Source: Eledone cirrhosa
Lineage: Eukaryota
Direction of reading: 5' to 3'
Length of the DNA stretch: 64,000 nt
NCBI GenBank assembly: GCA_964016885.1
Contig: OZ024743.1
Location: forward strand, 168,020,001-168,084,000
The notes beneath the pieces are model-generated. The model was given only the letters and a program-made list of their open reading frames with translations. It did no database searches and was not told the origin of the DNA. Positions 40,963 through 54,239 of the stretch are shown piece after piece. How positions within the stretch are numbered: the first letter of the stretch is position 1; every line of letters starts with the position of its first letter. Both the position numbers and the translations under genes were made by a program.

Positions 40963-43900
40963 CTTTGAGTCTCAGTCATTGATGTTAGTTAACTGGAAAG
41001 TTTGTTGAAATGAATATCAAGTCACTACCTGCAGCCTCAGATATTCAGGACGTATCGGAGTGTTCTTGCTGTTCCCAGCAACCAGCAACCATGCCTTTTG
41101 AAGCGTTCCAAAAAGCGGGGCTGGACTAATTTTCTTTCACCATCCCTGGAAACTTTTTGAGATAGTCCCTAGTGCGCCTATGACAATCGGGACCACTTTG
41201 ACTTCATGGCAGTTCCAAGTCCTTTTTACCTCCCACTTTAAGTCCTGGTATCGGTTAATTTTCTCCCTCTCCTTCTCTTGCACTCTCGTGTCGAATGGGC
41301 AGACCACATCCACAATCAGGCACGATCTTTTTTCTTTGTCCAAAACTACCAGGTCAAGTCTATTGTGTTCCAGTTTCTATCACCGACTCTGGCTTATGCT
41401 CATACCATTTCTCAGAATGTGGTAAATTGTTTACTTTGCATAGGTGCCAGTGGATCACCCAGCCCATCACATCATTTCTCCAGCCATTATAGTGAGTCTG
41501 GGCTAGGTGTTTACACTCGGATACAATGTTAGCCACAGTCTCCTCTCTCTCTCCACAGATCCTGCACAGTGGGCTAGCCTCCTCCTTGTAAATATGGTGT
41601 TTCAACCATTTCGTTTTGAGGGCCTGCTCTTTCGCAGCCATTAACATCCTCCTGTAGCCTTTTTAAGGTCTCCTCTTTTCAACCAGTTCCATGTCTGTGG
41701 ATCTCTGAATTCAGTTTTCTCAAAGAAGGTACTATGAAGCGATTTTTCCTGAAGGCTGCTCCATCTCCTTGTTGTTATTTCCTCCCTGGACATCCCCTGG
41801 TCTATTGTCCTCCCTTCAGTACAGTTCTGAGCATTGGCTCCTTACTATCAGTCACGTATTTGTGTAGGTTGTTTTTCTCCATCTGAACACAGTCCTCTAT
41901 GCTGATAAGACCTCTTCCACCTTCAGATCTTCTTAAGTAGAGTCTATCGACATCACTCCTCTTGTGGAACATGTTGTAGATAGTCAATAGCTTCCTAGTC
42001 TTCCTATCCATTTCTTTTTGTTCAGCAACATTCCATCTCAGAATTCCCGCACTGTACCTACTAATAGAGACAGCTCGGGAATTTACTGCACTTATGGCAT
42101 TCCTACTGTTCAGATGTGACTTTAATACGCTCCTTACTCTCCGAATGTATTCAGTTCTTATCAATTCCTTCATTTTTTTGTTCTTGATGTCATCAGCCTC
42201 CAGAACACCCAAATACTTGTATCCTTCTTCAGTGTCAATTTCCTTTACCATCTCACCTGTTGGTACCTGGATTCCGTTGCTTCTGCTCAATTTACAAGGA
42301 CTCCACACTTACTAATACCAAATTGCATACATATATCATTGCTGAAAATACGGACAGTGTCAACAAGCACATCCAACTCCTTCTCGCTCTTTCCGAAGAG
42401 CTTAAGATCGTCCATGAAGAGGAGGTGATTGATGGTAAGCTCTCCCTTTCCCAACTTGTATCCTGCTCTCACTTTTCGCAGTATAATGGTCAGAGGCATC
42501 AGGGCAAGACAAACAACAGAGAGGACAGACTATCTCCCTGGAAGATACCTCTCTTGATCTTCACGCCTCCCAAGGATTCTCCAGCAGATGTTAACTCTGT
42601 TTCCCAGGACTTCATACTTTTGCCCAACAACTGTCTGATGTTATCTGCCACCTTGAAGATCTCTAGGCTTTTGGTGATCCAAGAATGAGGCACCATGTCA
42701 AATGCCTTTTTGTAGTCTATCCATCCCATGGCAAGACCAGTGTGTCTCCTCTTGCAATTCCTCATTACCATCTTATCAATAAGTAACTGGTCCTTTGCAC
42801 TACGGGACTTCTTTCGGCATCCTTTCTGTTCGTCCGGTAACAAGTTGTTTGTGTGGAGGTGATGGTAGATTTCCTCAGACATAATGCTTGTCAACAGTTT
42901 CCACATTACGGACAGACATGTGATAGGTCTATAGTTGGTAACATCATTACCCTTGATTCGGTCCTTCATTACCAGAACTGTGGTACCTTTTGTCAACCAC
43001 TCTGGTACCTCACCTGACATCAAGCAGTCATTGAACATGGTTGTCAGTTTCGGGTGGAGGGATGTTATATTTTTAATCCAATACCCCTGCACACCATCTG
43101 GGCCTGGTGATTTCCAGTTGGTTAGTTTTTTGGCCTGCCCCTTAAGAGTTTCAACTGTGATACTCAAGTCAGTTTGTTGTTGTGCCTGTTCACTAATTTC
43201 CTTCTGTACTGTCTCAATCCACACTGCCTGGTCATTATGTTTAACATCCTGCTCCCATATTCCTCTCCAGAATGTTTTAGTTTGTTCCGCCTCAGGGATC
43301 AAGTCGTTGCCTCTTTCTTTCCCCTCAAGCTGTCCAAACAGCATCTTCTGGTTGTTGTCAAACTTGCGGTTCTGTCTATACTGACTGACTCTGCTCTCGT
43401 ATCGCCTAATTTTTGCACTCTTTGCTACAATGCGTTGCTTCAGTTCCTCTAATATTTAGCTTTTTCATCCTAGTTTTGTACTTTATTTCCAGTCTATTTT
43501 TAGTGTCTATGTTTTTTAGTGTCCCATTCAGTAGGGACTCAAGCTTTCCAATGTCAGTTCTCATTTCCCTGATTTGACCACTCAGTCGTTTTTTCCACCA
43601 TTCTTGTTTGCTGTTTCCTCTCGCTTTTATACCAAGTAATTTCCTCACTGCATTTGCTGTTGCTTTGGGGATATTGTTGCACTGGTGAAGGCTCCTTGCC
43701 TCAAGGTATGGGACGACTTTGTTTACCTGAGCTGTTGTTTCTTTTAACTTTTTCCTGTCTACAAATGTTAGGTTCATAGGTTTCCCACTATCATTGTTCA
43801 ATTCATCTACCACTAAGTTTAAGATATCAACCAAATCTTGTCCTAGCCCGTCAGCATTCATCTCCTCAATGACCGTATCTTTGTTACAGGTATTATTTAT

Positions 43901-44420
43901 TTCAGCATTCAGATCATTGTCTGCTTCGGATGATTCCTCCGTTCTCTCACCCTCTTCACCTTCATTTCCCACTGGTTCGTTTGCCTGGCATACTCCACTC
44001 TCCATTTCTAAGCTAATCTCTCTGCTCAGTTCCTCCAGTTCCAGCTCACTTATCCACCCATTAGTTCTTATTACCCGAGCCTGCCCGGCCAATTTTTGTT
44101 CATCTAATTTAAATAGACCAATCTCGTTCCAGATGTTATGCATCCGTTTCCTATAGCCTTTCTCCTTGGGGTTACTCTTCAGGTAACATTGCATAACAGT
44201 TCTATTCAATTCTTTCGTCCAGTTGGTTCTGGTCCCTTTCCTTCTTCTTCTTCCTCCGACACCAGCAGTATTTGGTTGACAGCCAGGTCCCTGCTGCTGA
44301 GCCATGGAGCACCTGCTGGGTGAGAGTCAGTCACATGACATTCTAGTCTCCACTTCACCGTTATTCGAACTGTTTAGGTTCGACATTTAAACACTCTTAT
44401 CGAGGATTGGTCAATGTATG
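40963..44420 (-). mobile_element. R4/Dong-type element family A, near full-length, disrupted (ORF start 44305)
   Basis: N-terminal WTKELN..VMQCY...GYRKRM..IW, RT with RGIFQGDSLS and LFMDD, CRICGEREETVANIVSEC, REL region; 3' end abuts (TAA)n. Confidence 0.9.
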
Positions 44421-45229
44421 GTTACATAACCACCGGTGATTTCATCACCCCCGTTGATTTTAGCACGGCACTATCACGCTGTAGACGAACATAAATAAAC
44501 AAACAAACAAACAGGCACCCCCCCCCCCAAAAAAAAAGAATAAGCATAAGTTTCATTGTAATGTAATGTTTGACTGTCTGACTTAGTTTTTCCCTTCCCT
44601 TCTCTGTCCGTCTGTTTGTTTTTCTCTTCATTTTTCTTTTCTTTACGTTTTTCGTTGTTGCTGTGCTGCTTTGATTTTGATTTTTGTTTTTTTTTGATTT
44701 TTTGACCGGGTCATCAATTCGGTCTATTTATATATTTTGATGCCTTCCTCTTTTAGTGGGGACACTACGATGCATGTGTTAGCGGGAGGTAGTGGGAGAG
44801 AATAGCGGCGGTAGTGATAATGAGGCAGTGGTGGGGGTGGGGGTGCTGTGCTAGTAGTATCTAGCAGGGGGTAGTGGAGGTGCTGTGCTAGTAGTACCTA
44901 GCAGGAGGTAGTGGGAGAGAATAGCGGCGGTAGCGATAATGAGGCAGTGGTGGTGGTGATGTGATCGTAGCACTGTAGTGATGGTGTTGAAGTTGAAGTA
45001 GAAATAGAAGTTGAGGCAACTTGACCAGAGTTTTTAGCGTGGTAGTGGTGGTGGTGTTGGTGGTGAAATTATCTTATCTGTCCACTTAGTCATTTAGCTA
45101 TTTAGCTAGCTATTTAGTCATTTTGCCATTTTCCTCCTTTTCGACTCTAACATTCCTGATCCAAAATTAAATATTAATATTGTTCATTAATATTGTCTAG
45201 TATAATAATATTATTATTATTATTATTAT

Positions 45230-48198
45230 TACAGTTGCATTTATCTTGCTTTATGTTCATACGAGTTATCACCAAGTCACAACCAGTTACCTCAAGAGAC
45301 AACAAGGTCAGCCATGTTCAAGAAAGAACATACATACTCACACATGCATCTTTAGTGTTTAGACTTGTGATGTACTTATATTGACAGAATCTTCCTTAGT
45401 ATATGGGCAGTTCCTATTAGTACTATCTGTTGTATTTCTCCTATACGCGGGTTTCCTGGGATTTGCGATAAGTAATCATTAGACCCCTTAGGTATCATTC
45501 CCAGAGGGCCTACAACCACTGGTATTGTTTTAGTTCTCAATTTCCACATTTTTCCAATTTCTATCTCCAGGTCCTTATACTGGCTCAATTTTTCAAATGT
45601 TTTTATAGATACATTCTTGTCTATTGGAACGGACATATCAATTAGCAGGCATACCCTCTTTTTAAAGTCCTTCAATATTATATAAGGTCTATTTGCATCT
45701 ATTTTTCGGTCTGTTTGGATGCTAAAGTTCCACAAGATTGAGATGTGATCTTTTTCAAGTATGGGAGGTGGTTGATGCTCCCACCAATTCTTTTGATGGG
45801 GCAGGTCAAAATGCTTACACATTATCCAAGAGGCTTTTCTTGCCATTTCTTAGCCAGTTTCTGTAGCAGTTCTTTCTTTGCAGTTACTTTTACCTGCTTT
45901 GCTTTTTCTGTGTTTTCCATTTCAGCAGTAAATGGGACTTCTGAAATTTGTAGTCCATTACTGTATCTTTGTGCATCTTTTGTAATGGAGTATGATCTTT
46001 TGATGCTTTCGTGTTTCAAAACGAGTTTGATCATCCAATCATGTGATTCCCTTAGATATGTGGATAATCCAAATGTTGCAGTTTTCAACGCAATGTCTAA
46101 CTGGATTAACCCACGTCCTCCTTCTTTCCTAGGGAGATATATTCTATCTATGTCTGCCTTAGGGTGATGCATTCTGTGCATGGTTAAGAATTTTCTAATT
46201 TTTGTATCGAGCCTACGGATCTCTGTGCTTGACCAGTTGATGACATTGTAACTGTAGGTTACTACTGGTATGGCAAGCGTGTTTATGGCATCGATCCTAT
46301 TCCTTACATTCAATTCCGTTCTTAAGATTGCTCTTACTCTGCGGTAACATTCCTTATCCTTATCCTTTCCCTCATTGTCGAGTGCTTGATTCCGTCTCCT
46401 TCACAAACACCTAGATATTTGTAAGTTTTTTCTTGATCAAGTTCTCTTATCACGTTCCCCGATCAAGATTAATGTCCGAACTCTTCAGCAGCTTTCCTCT
46501 GGTGAACGTTGCTTTGGCGCATTTATCTAGTCCAAACTCCATTTTAATGTCATCACTGAACTGCTCCACAGTGGATAATAGCCCTTGCAATTGTTCATCA
46601 TTTTTGGCAAACTATCGAATGCTTTTATATAATCTATCCAAGCAATTGATAGATTTTTGTGTCTATTATGACAATCTTCCAGTATCATTTTGTTAACCAA
46701 AAGATGATCCTTACAGCCATATGAGCCTCGTTTACACCCTTTCTGCTCAATGGGAAATAGGTCATTTGTTATCAAGTGGTCATATGTATATTCAGTTAGG
46801 ATTGATGTTAAAATTTCATACATTGTGGTCAAGCAAGTTATCGGTCTGTAATTTTTGGGATTGTTTGTCTCATCATTCATCGGAAGCAGGAATGTAATGC
46901 CGTTAACTAGCCATGATGGTATCTTTTCTGGCTCCTTAACTATTTCATTGTAAAGTTGGGCTAACAGCTCATAAGACTCTGTGAAGGCATTTATCCAAAA
47001 ATTTTGTATTTTGTCTTTTCCTGGGGATTTCCATTTGCTGGTTTTTCTTAGAGCCAAGCGCAACTGTTCAACTGTTATATTTTCCCATATTTGTTCTTCA
47101 AGGTGAGCTGTATCTTTCATTTGTCTGTCTATCCATGGGGCATGTATGTTATGAACTTTTTCTTCGGCCCAGATCTTTTCCCAAAATTCTTGCACTTCCT
47201 CCTTGGGTGGTATTGATTTAGCAGTTATTGTTGACTTACCAATTTTTCTGTAGAAGTTTCTTTGGTTGTTTTTGAACATATTATTGTCCTTATAGAATCT
47301 AGATCGTTTTTCAAAGCGCCTTATACGAGCAGCTTTGGCCGACACCTTTTGCTTGATTATTTCTATCAGCATGTCTATGTCACTTGTTGATTTTATACTG
47401 TACTTTCTTTTCAATTTTCTAAGTTTAGTTTGTTTAACATGTTCATCTACTTTATAGTTTGTTAAAATTTCTATGTCAGATCGGAGAAGGTTTATTTGGC
47501 GATTGATGTTCTCTTGCCAAGTAGATTTCTTGTGGGAATTCCTTTGTTTTTTCATCTTCACTCCACATAAGTGAGTGGTGACTTTAGCCGATGCATAATA
47601 GAGATGATTTAAATCAGTAATGTTTAGTTTGTTTGTGATGATAATGTTTTTGAGAATTATGTTAGTCTTGTGTATTATCTTTTGGTTCTGTTTGGAGTTC
47701 TGGATCTTAGGGAGGGTGTCTCGTTGCCCCATGTCAGATTCTTTCATTTTCATCCATTCGATCATAATTTCATCCTTCAAGTTGGCAAGTTCATTCTCAT
47801 TCATTTCTTTATCATTTACGATCTCATTATTTTCATTTGGAGTTTCATCCTGAGCATGCACTCCCTCCACTTTTTCGATCCTTTCTTTAATTTGTTCTGT
47901 TGCCAGTGATTCCGCCCCAACCCTGGGATTCGAAGGGTTACAATTTACTTCGTTTTCACTGACACATGTTTCATTTTCCCTTCGCTGACTTTGTGCTAAT
48001 AGCTTGATCTGATCAATTTCTATATCAGTTAGTAACTTTTTTTTTACAATATTTCTTCGTATATTGGCTAGTTTGTTACTGTCAATATAGCCTCTGTTTT
48101 CGGGATGTTTCTTTTTCCAGTTGATATATGTCTGTTCTGTATTCGATGTATTTGATGGGTAGTACATGGTAGTGTAGAAAGGACTTCTTTATTATCTT
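45230..48198 (-). mobile_element. R4/Dong-type element family B, internally deleted
   Basis: RT N-terminus (WKSPGKD, YRPITCL, WIDY.KAFD) and REL (RP.II..D...IDMSVP..K..QYKDL). Two ~300-bp deletions relative to the 59990-63960 copy. Confidence 0.9.
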
Positions 48199-48206
48199 CT
48201 TTATTA

Positions 48207-48240
<34 letters not shown>

Positions 48241-48241
<1 letters not shown>

Positions 48242-48430
48242 GGGCGGCGGATTGGCAGTATCGGTAGAGGGTCGGACGTTATGCTTTCCAGCATAGTTAC
48301 GTCCCTTTACGATCTGAGTTCAAATCCCGCCGAGGTTGACTTTGCCTTTCATCCTTACGGGGTCGATGAAATAAAGTACCAGTAACGCACTGGGTAATTT
48401 CTGGCCTTGTGCCTAAAGTAGAAACAATAT
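48241..48430 (+). mobile_element. Full-length SINE embedded in (TTA)n
   Basis: GGGCGGCGGATTGGCAGTATCGGTAGAG...GAGTTCAAATCC...GGCCTTGTGCCTAAAGTAGAAAC, with TTA repeats on both sides. Confidence 0.92.
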
Positions 48431-48458
48431 TATTATTTTTATTATTATTATTATTATT

Positions 48459-51400
48459 GGCGACCTACGTAGTAAATCGTATCATCGTGAGCTCCGCAAA
48501 GGTTTGTTATTTCCGTTTGTTAAAAATTGTCATTTATGGAAAATGTTATTGTTAACTGTTTATAAGCGCACATACATTGTTTTCCGAAAAGGACACCCAA
48601 AAAGATTGGGGCCTTGTGCCCAAAATTTAAACTTTTATTATTATCAAAAAAATTTCTTTGAAAAAAATGGCTAATTCACCTCTGCATGAAGCAGCTGAAA
48701 GCCGTTCTCACAAATTAACACCTCACACCGACACCACCATTGTAAATGTTACTACGTTTGCCAACACAAAAAAAAATATAAGCATTAGCAATATTTTAAA
48801 TTTGTCTCAGGCAGACATTCATTTCCCGCCATTACCAATGACTGCAGGTGTTAAAGCCTCCACCACCACCACCACCACCGCGACAACCACCACCACCACC
48901 ACCACCACCGCGACAACAGAAACAAAAGAAGAAAAAAATAAATTAACTCGTGATGTCGAAATGAAATCAAGCAAAATGGACTCTTCCCCACCAAAGACGA
49001 CTGACGTCACCACCACCACAACTGAAACTAAAATTAATATTAACACAAATAACGATAGCAACAACAACAACAATGACATTATAAAAAAAACCCTCAGTTT
49101 CGCCAGAGTAGCAAAACAGTTCGAAGCATTTAGGGTAACTCAGGAGGATTTAGAAAATGCCAAACAAATGGTAAAGAAAGATGGGTACAGGGTCAGCCTC
49201 AACCACCACCTAATAAAATGGAGCATCGGCGCCTATGCACCGTGTCGTATCGAACAATAAATGTAAAATCGCGCCGAGTGGAACGGGCATCCGAGTCCCA
49301 AATCCAAAAAGCTTTGGGACATGTGTGGGCAAGAAAAACCCACATCAGACGTAGGCAAAAGTATGGAACCGTGGACGTGTTCTTTGAAACACCAGAGGAG
49401 GCTAGAGAACACTCCATGGCCCCATTAAGAAGTGACGACTTCACACTCGTCCCAAGCTATTGTGGCCAGAGACTCGTAAAGATCAGGGTCACCCACGTTC
49501 CACCGGCCATCGAAATTCCCTGGCTAATAGCGGCCGTCCTCGCCGGCATCGAAGCCAACACAAAAATAATAGCAATAGCAAAAGAAAAGCAGGAGAACAG
49601 GTCCGGATCTGGGATGGAGCTCCTAATCCAAGCGGACCAAAAAAGCATTGAGGAGATCCCAGAGGTAATAGACCTCACTGACGGCAGCCACCTCACGGTA
49701 ATTGTCGAGGGCAGAAGACCTAGGTGTGTCGTTTGTGGTGAAGGAACCCACCTAAGGGCTTTCTGCCCTTAGCAGCAACAACAGAAGCAACTATAACAGC
49801 AACAACCCCAGCAACAGTAGCAAAACCAACACCACCACCACCACCAGCAAAACCAACACCACCACCACCCAACACTTCAGAACTAGCACCAGCGCCTACA
49901 CCATCCACCACGCCACAACCAAAACTAACGCCTGTGGAGGATTTTCCACTCCCCGGCCTATCACAACTGGAGACAGATTGTGACAACGAGGAGTGGGAAA
50001 CGATATCGGAAAAAAACGAGGAGTGGGAAACGATATCGGAAAAAAAAAAGAAACCAAAAAAGAAAAAATTCTCTTCCTTCCCCCTCCAAAAACAAAATAC
50101 AGAGGGAAATAAATTAAGAAACAAAAAAGTTAGGACAGATATGCCACCATCCACACCAGCATCACCAACCCCATCAACCCAAACACCAACACCATCACCA
50201 TCATTAACCCCGACACCACCATCACCTACACCACAAAAGTCACCAAAATGCGAAACAGAAACAAACCCACAACAAACGCAAACAAAACAAAACAACGAAA
50301 ACGATACACACTACACAGCATTAAATTTGAACAACAAGCAATTATTACACTACATCCAACACAACACCAGCATCACAGAAAAAGACTACACAACAACCCC
50401 AAAATTCGCACCACCTCCACACATACAAATCACTCGCATCACACAGAAAACGTACATGACACTAAAACAAAAATTCCCCAAAGACATCGGAGACTTCCGA
50501 CAAGCACTCTCCAGGAGGATTTATAAGCACATCCTTCCTGAGGAGGCCACAAGCAGTGAAAAGGGTGGAAAAACCGTCCTTCCCCTACGAGAAGTAAGGT
50601 AAGTGGTCTTTCCCATCTTTTCCACTCCTTTTCAACATGACCTCACTCAGAATAGGCAGCATAAATGCGCGTGGCTTGGGGTCGTCATGGAAGCAGGGCC
50701 ACCTGCTCAACGACCTCAGGTCACTAAACATAGATGTAGTGGCCATCAGCGAGACCAGAATCTCCGAAGCACAGGCTTTCGCACCGATCTTCGGCGGCTA
50801 CGATGTGTACGCATCTCCCAGCCGTCCGGGATCGGGGGAGGAGTTGCTGTGCTTTTTCGGAGAGGTTTGGATCTTGCCATACGGGCCATCTTCCTGGACC
50901 CAGAATGTAAGTTGGTGGTGCTGGACGTGACCAGCGGAGACGGGCAAACCTTCAGGCTAGTGGCCGTCTATGCCCCGACAGGAGCAGGGCGGCCTGATTT
51001 CTTCCGGTGTCTGGAGAGCTTTCTTGGAACGTCGCGCTCTTTAGTGTTAGTGGGCGACTGGAACGGGATCTTAGATGCACGCTGGGACTGTGTGGGATTA
51101 ATTGATAGGGGAGGAGGGTGCAAGAGCCTCACCAGCCTGCTCAGGCATTTTGAACTGTCTGACAGGTACCGATTGGATTTCCCGAAATGCCAGTGTGGAC
51201 TAGGACAAATCGTACAGGGTCATCCAGATCATATCTAGATAGAGTATTTTGTAGAGAAATAGATAGGTCAAGCATAGACTGTCCACAATTAAAGATAGTC
51301 AGCTACACGGACCACAAATTCGTGATCTGTGTGCTTAGATAGGCTTCCTAGACGAGGAACCGACTACTGGAAGCTAAACGCGTCTTTACCAGCGCGCAAG

Positions 51401-54116
51401 GTCTACAAAGACCGGATTAGCGAACTAGTTAAGCGGGCGTTGACGGGGGCCATCATCAACAATAAGTGGTGGTTTGCTCTGAAAAGAGCGATTAGAATAT
51501 AGTCCATTAGGTTTAGTAAGGCTTTAGCAATAGAGAAAAATAGAGCAGAGGGAGAACTAGTTAGAAAATTAGACGAGGCGCTTAGCAAAGTCATCGCGAC
51601 CGACATACTTGCGGCGAAATTGGCCCTTGACCAGTTCTTCAATGCAAAGCACGAAGGCTGCGTTGTCAGAGCTAGGGTGCGTGCTCTCAGACACGAGGGG
51701 ACGAAAGCCGTTCAATGGGCCCGAGTGGGGGGTATACGTCGTGGAAACAAAGCCACGATCCGGTCTTTGGTGGACCACGAAGGGCGCATGCTACTCGGTC
51801 CAGGGAAAATGTGTGAATCTTTCCAGCGACACTTCGCACAGCTGTTCGGGGGCAGCGGCGGGCCGGTTCGAGGGATGGACTTTAGTGTCTACCTCGACGG
51901 ACTGCCGCGGCTCTCTGCCACTGTGGCGGAGTGTTGCGAAAAGCCGATAACAGCCGCTGAAGTACAGGAGGCAATGACTGGCTGCACAAGGGGAAAATCG
52001 CCTGGTTTGGATGGTCTGCCCTATGAACTTTACGTACAGATGCCAGACTTGTTCGGAGGCTTCTTGGTGGACGTCTACTGCAACTGGCAACAGAACGGGA
52101 GAATCCCCAGCTCTGTGAGCCGAGGTACTGTGGAGCTGCTGAGAAAGGATCTGAACAAGGGGGATAACATAGATAATTTTAGGCCTATAACTCTGCTAAA
52201 CACAGAGTTCAAGATTTTGGCCAAGGTGCTAGCAAAGAGGTTGGCGCTTGTCGTTGGTGGTCTTGTGGGAGAGGCGCAGACATGCGTTGTTCCCGACAGA
52301 TCCATCCACGACAACCTCCACCTCATGCGATACATCGTAGAGAGGGTATCTAGGGAACATGGCACGGGTGGGTCCTTGATCAATTTAGATCAGTCGAAAG
52401 CTTTCGATAGGGTCAACCATCGTTACCTAGCGGCAGTCCTGAGGGCGGCTGGCTTTGGGCCGTCTTCAGAGGCTGGATCGCTGCCATGCACAGCGACATC
52501 TGCTCTGTGGTGAGAGTGAACGGTTACCTTTCGGAACCGTTCAACATCATGCGCTCGGTCCGCCAAGGATGTCCCCTCTCGTCCCTCTTGTACGTATTAA
52601 CTCTCGAGCCATTACTGCAAAAACTGGAGACGTTGAGGTGCGTCCCGCGCGAACTAGGATGCGGAAGGTCCGTGTCAGCATATGCGGACGATGTCACCGT
52701 AGTGGTGTCGAACGCCAAACACATCGAGGCGATCGGCACTACACTAAGAGAATACGAAGCGGTGACAGGAGCAATGATCAACCACGAAAAGTCAGTGGGC
52801 CTGCAGCACGGCCCCTGGAGAGGCAGGTCTATGCCGTCCAACAGCGTCGTCGGGCGCTGGACGGACGGACCGGTTAAATTGCTCGGGGTCTTGTTCGGTC
52901 TGGACCTCCACACGGACAAAATCTGGGACGAGGTGAGTAGCCGGGTTGCTTCTCTCACCCAGAAATGGGCGGAGAGGAAGCTATCCCTGAAAGGTTGAGC
53001 GGAGGTGGCCAACGCGTACATCGCGTCCGTCATCTACTACCGCTTGACCGTCGTACCTTGTCCTAAGCTCCGCCTGACTGCGCTGGAGCGTTTGCTCTTT
53101 CGCTTTTTGTGGAAGGGTGGCGCTCCGATGGTCAGGCGGTCCATCTGCTGTCAACTCCCGCTACGTGGAGGGCTGGGCATTCCGTGGCTAATGATGCGCA
53201 GACACGCGCTCAGGCTACGACATCTCCACCTCTTCCTCGACGGTGGTCAGGTGTGGTCGCCGTTTGCTAAACACGTCTTTCCCCAGCTCGTCTCCTTGAC
53301 GGAGTTGCAGTCCTGGGTCAAGCGAAGACCGAGAGGGAGCGCTTGGAGACTGGAATGTCTTCAGGCGCTCACAGCTCTCGACCAATCGGGCAATGTGATC
53401 GGTGGAAACTCCACCTCGGCGTTCTATAGAGGATTAGTTGAGGGGAGAGCGACGACATACTTGGAGAAACTCTAGGCGTCGACGAAAATCAACCAGCCAA
53501 TCTCTTCGGAAGAACATTCGGGCCGGGGCCTATGGACAACTTCCAGAAATCCCTGGCCTGGCAGTGCTATCGAGGAGCTTGGCCAGTTCGGGATAAACTC
53601 TACAGGCTTGGAGGTGCCGTCAGCCGGGCATGTCCGAGATGCGCGCAGGGCGACGAAACCGTCCTGTACGCACTCGTCCAGTGTCCGAGCATTGCTGACT
53701 TGTGGGTTTATGTCGCACACCTGCTGTCACGTGTAGGACGGATCCAGCTATCAGCTGAGTCCATCTTGTGGATTGCCCCGCCCTCTTCCTTTAGCCGGGA
53801 AGGGCAGGCAGTTTTTATCTGTCTGATGGCCAGAGTGAATGGGGCTACTCTGAGTATGTGTCTGTAAATTAAAGGTGGAAAACTGGGAGAGGGCACTTGC
53901 CCTGCTGGTTAGGGTCACTGTGGCTTTTTAATGGGCTTTCTCCACGAATGTCCCTCGGAAGTCTCCCCCCTATTGGGGAAATTTTTCATTGTTCTATTAT
54001 TACATCCTCTGTTTCTTGTTTTTTACACGCAGAAATGCCCATTTGTACCATCCTGTATTGTCCTGTACTGTCCTTAATGTCTACTTTATGTAAACCCTTG
54101 TGGTTAATAAAGAAAA

Positions 54117-54117
<1 letters not shown>
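48459..54117 (+). mobile_element. Second full-length, disrupted L1/Tx1-clade LINE (ORF1 ~48668-50602, ORF2 ~50637-53867)
   Basis: Same 5' end (GGCGACCTACGTAGTAAATCGT) and motifs as the 34940 copy; flanked by (TTA)n on both sides. Confidence 0.93.
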
Positions 54118-54168
<51 letters not shown>

Positions 54169-54239
54169 TTTATCGCACAAGTCTGAGGTAGAAATGTTCG
54201 TAAATTTAACCTGTTTTAAAATATAATTTTTTGTATTGA

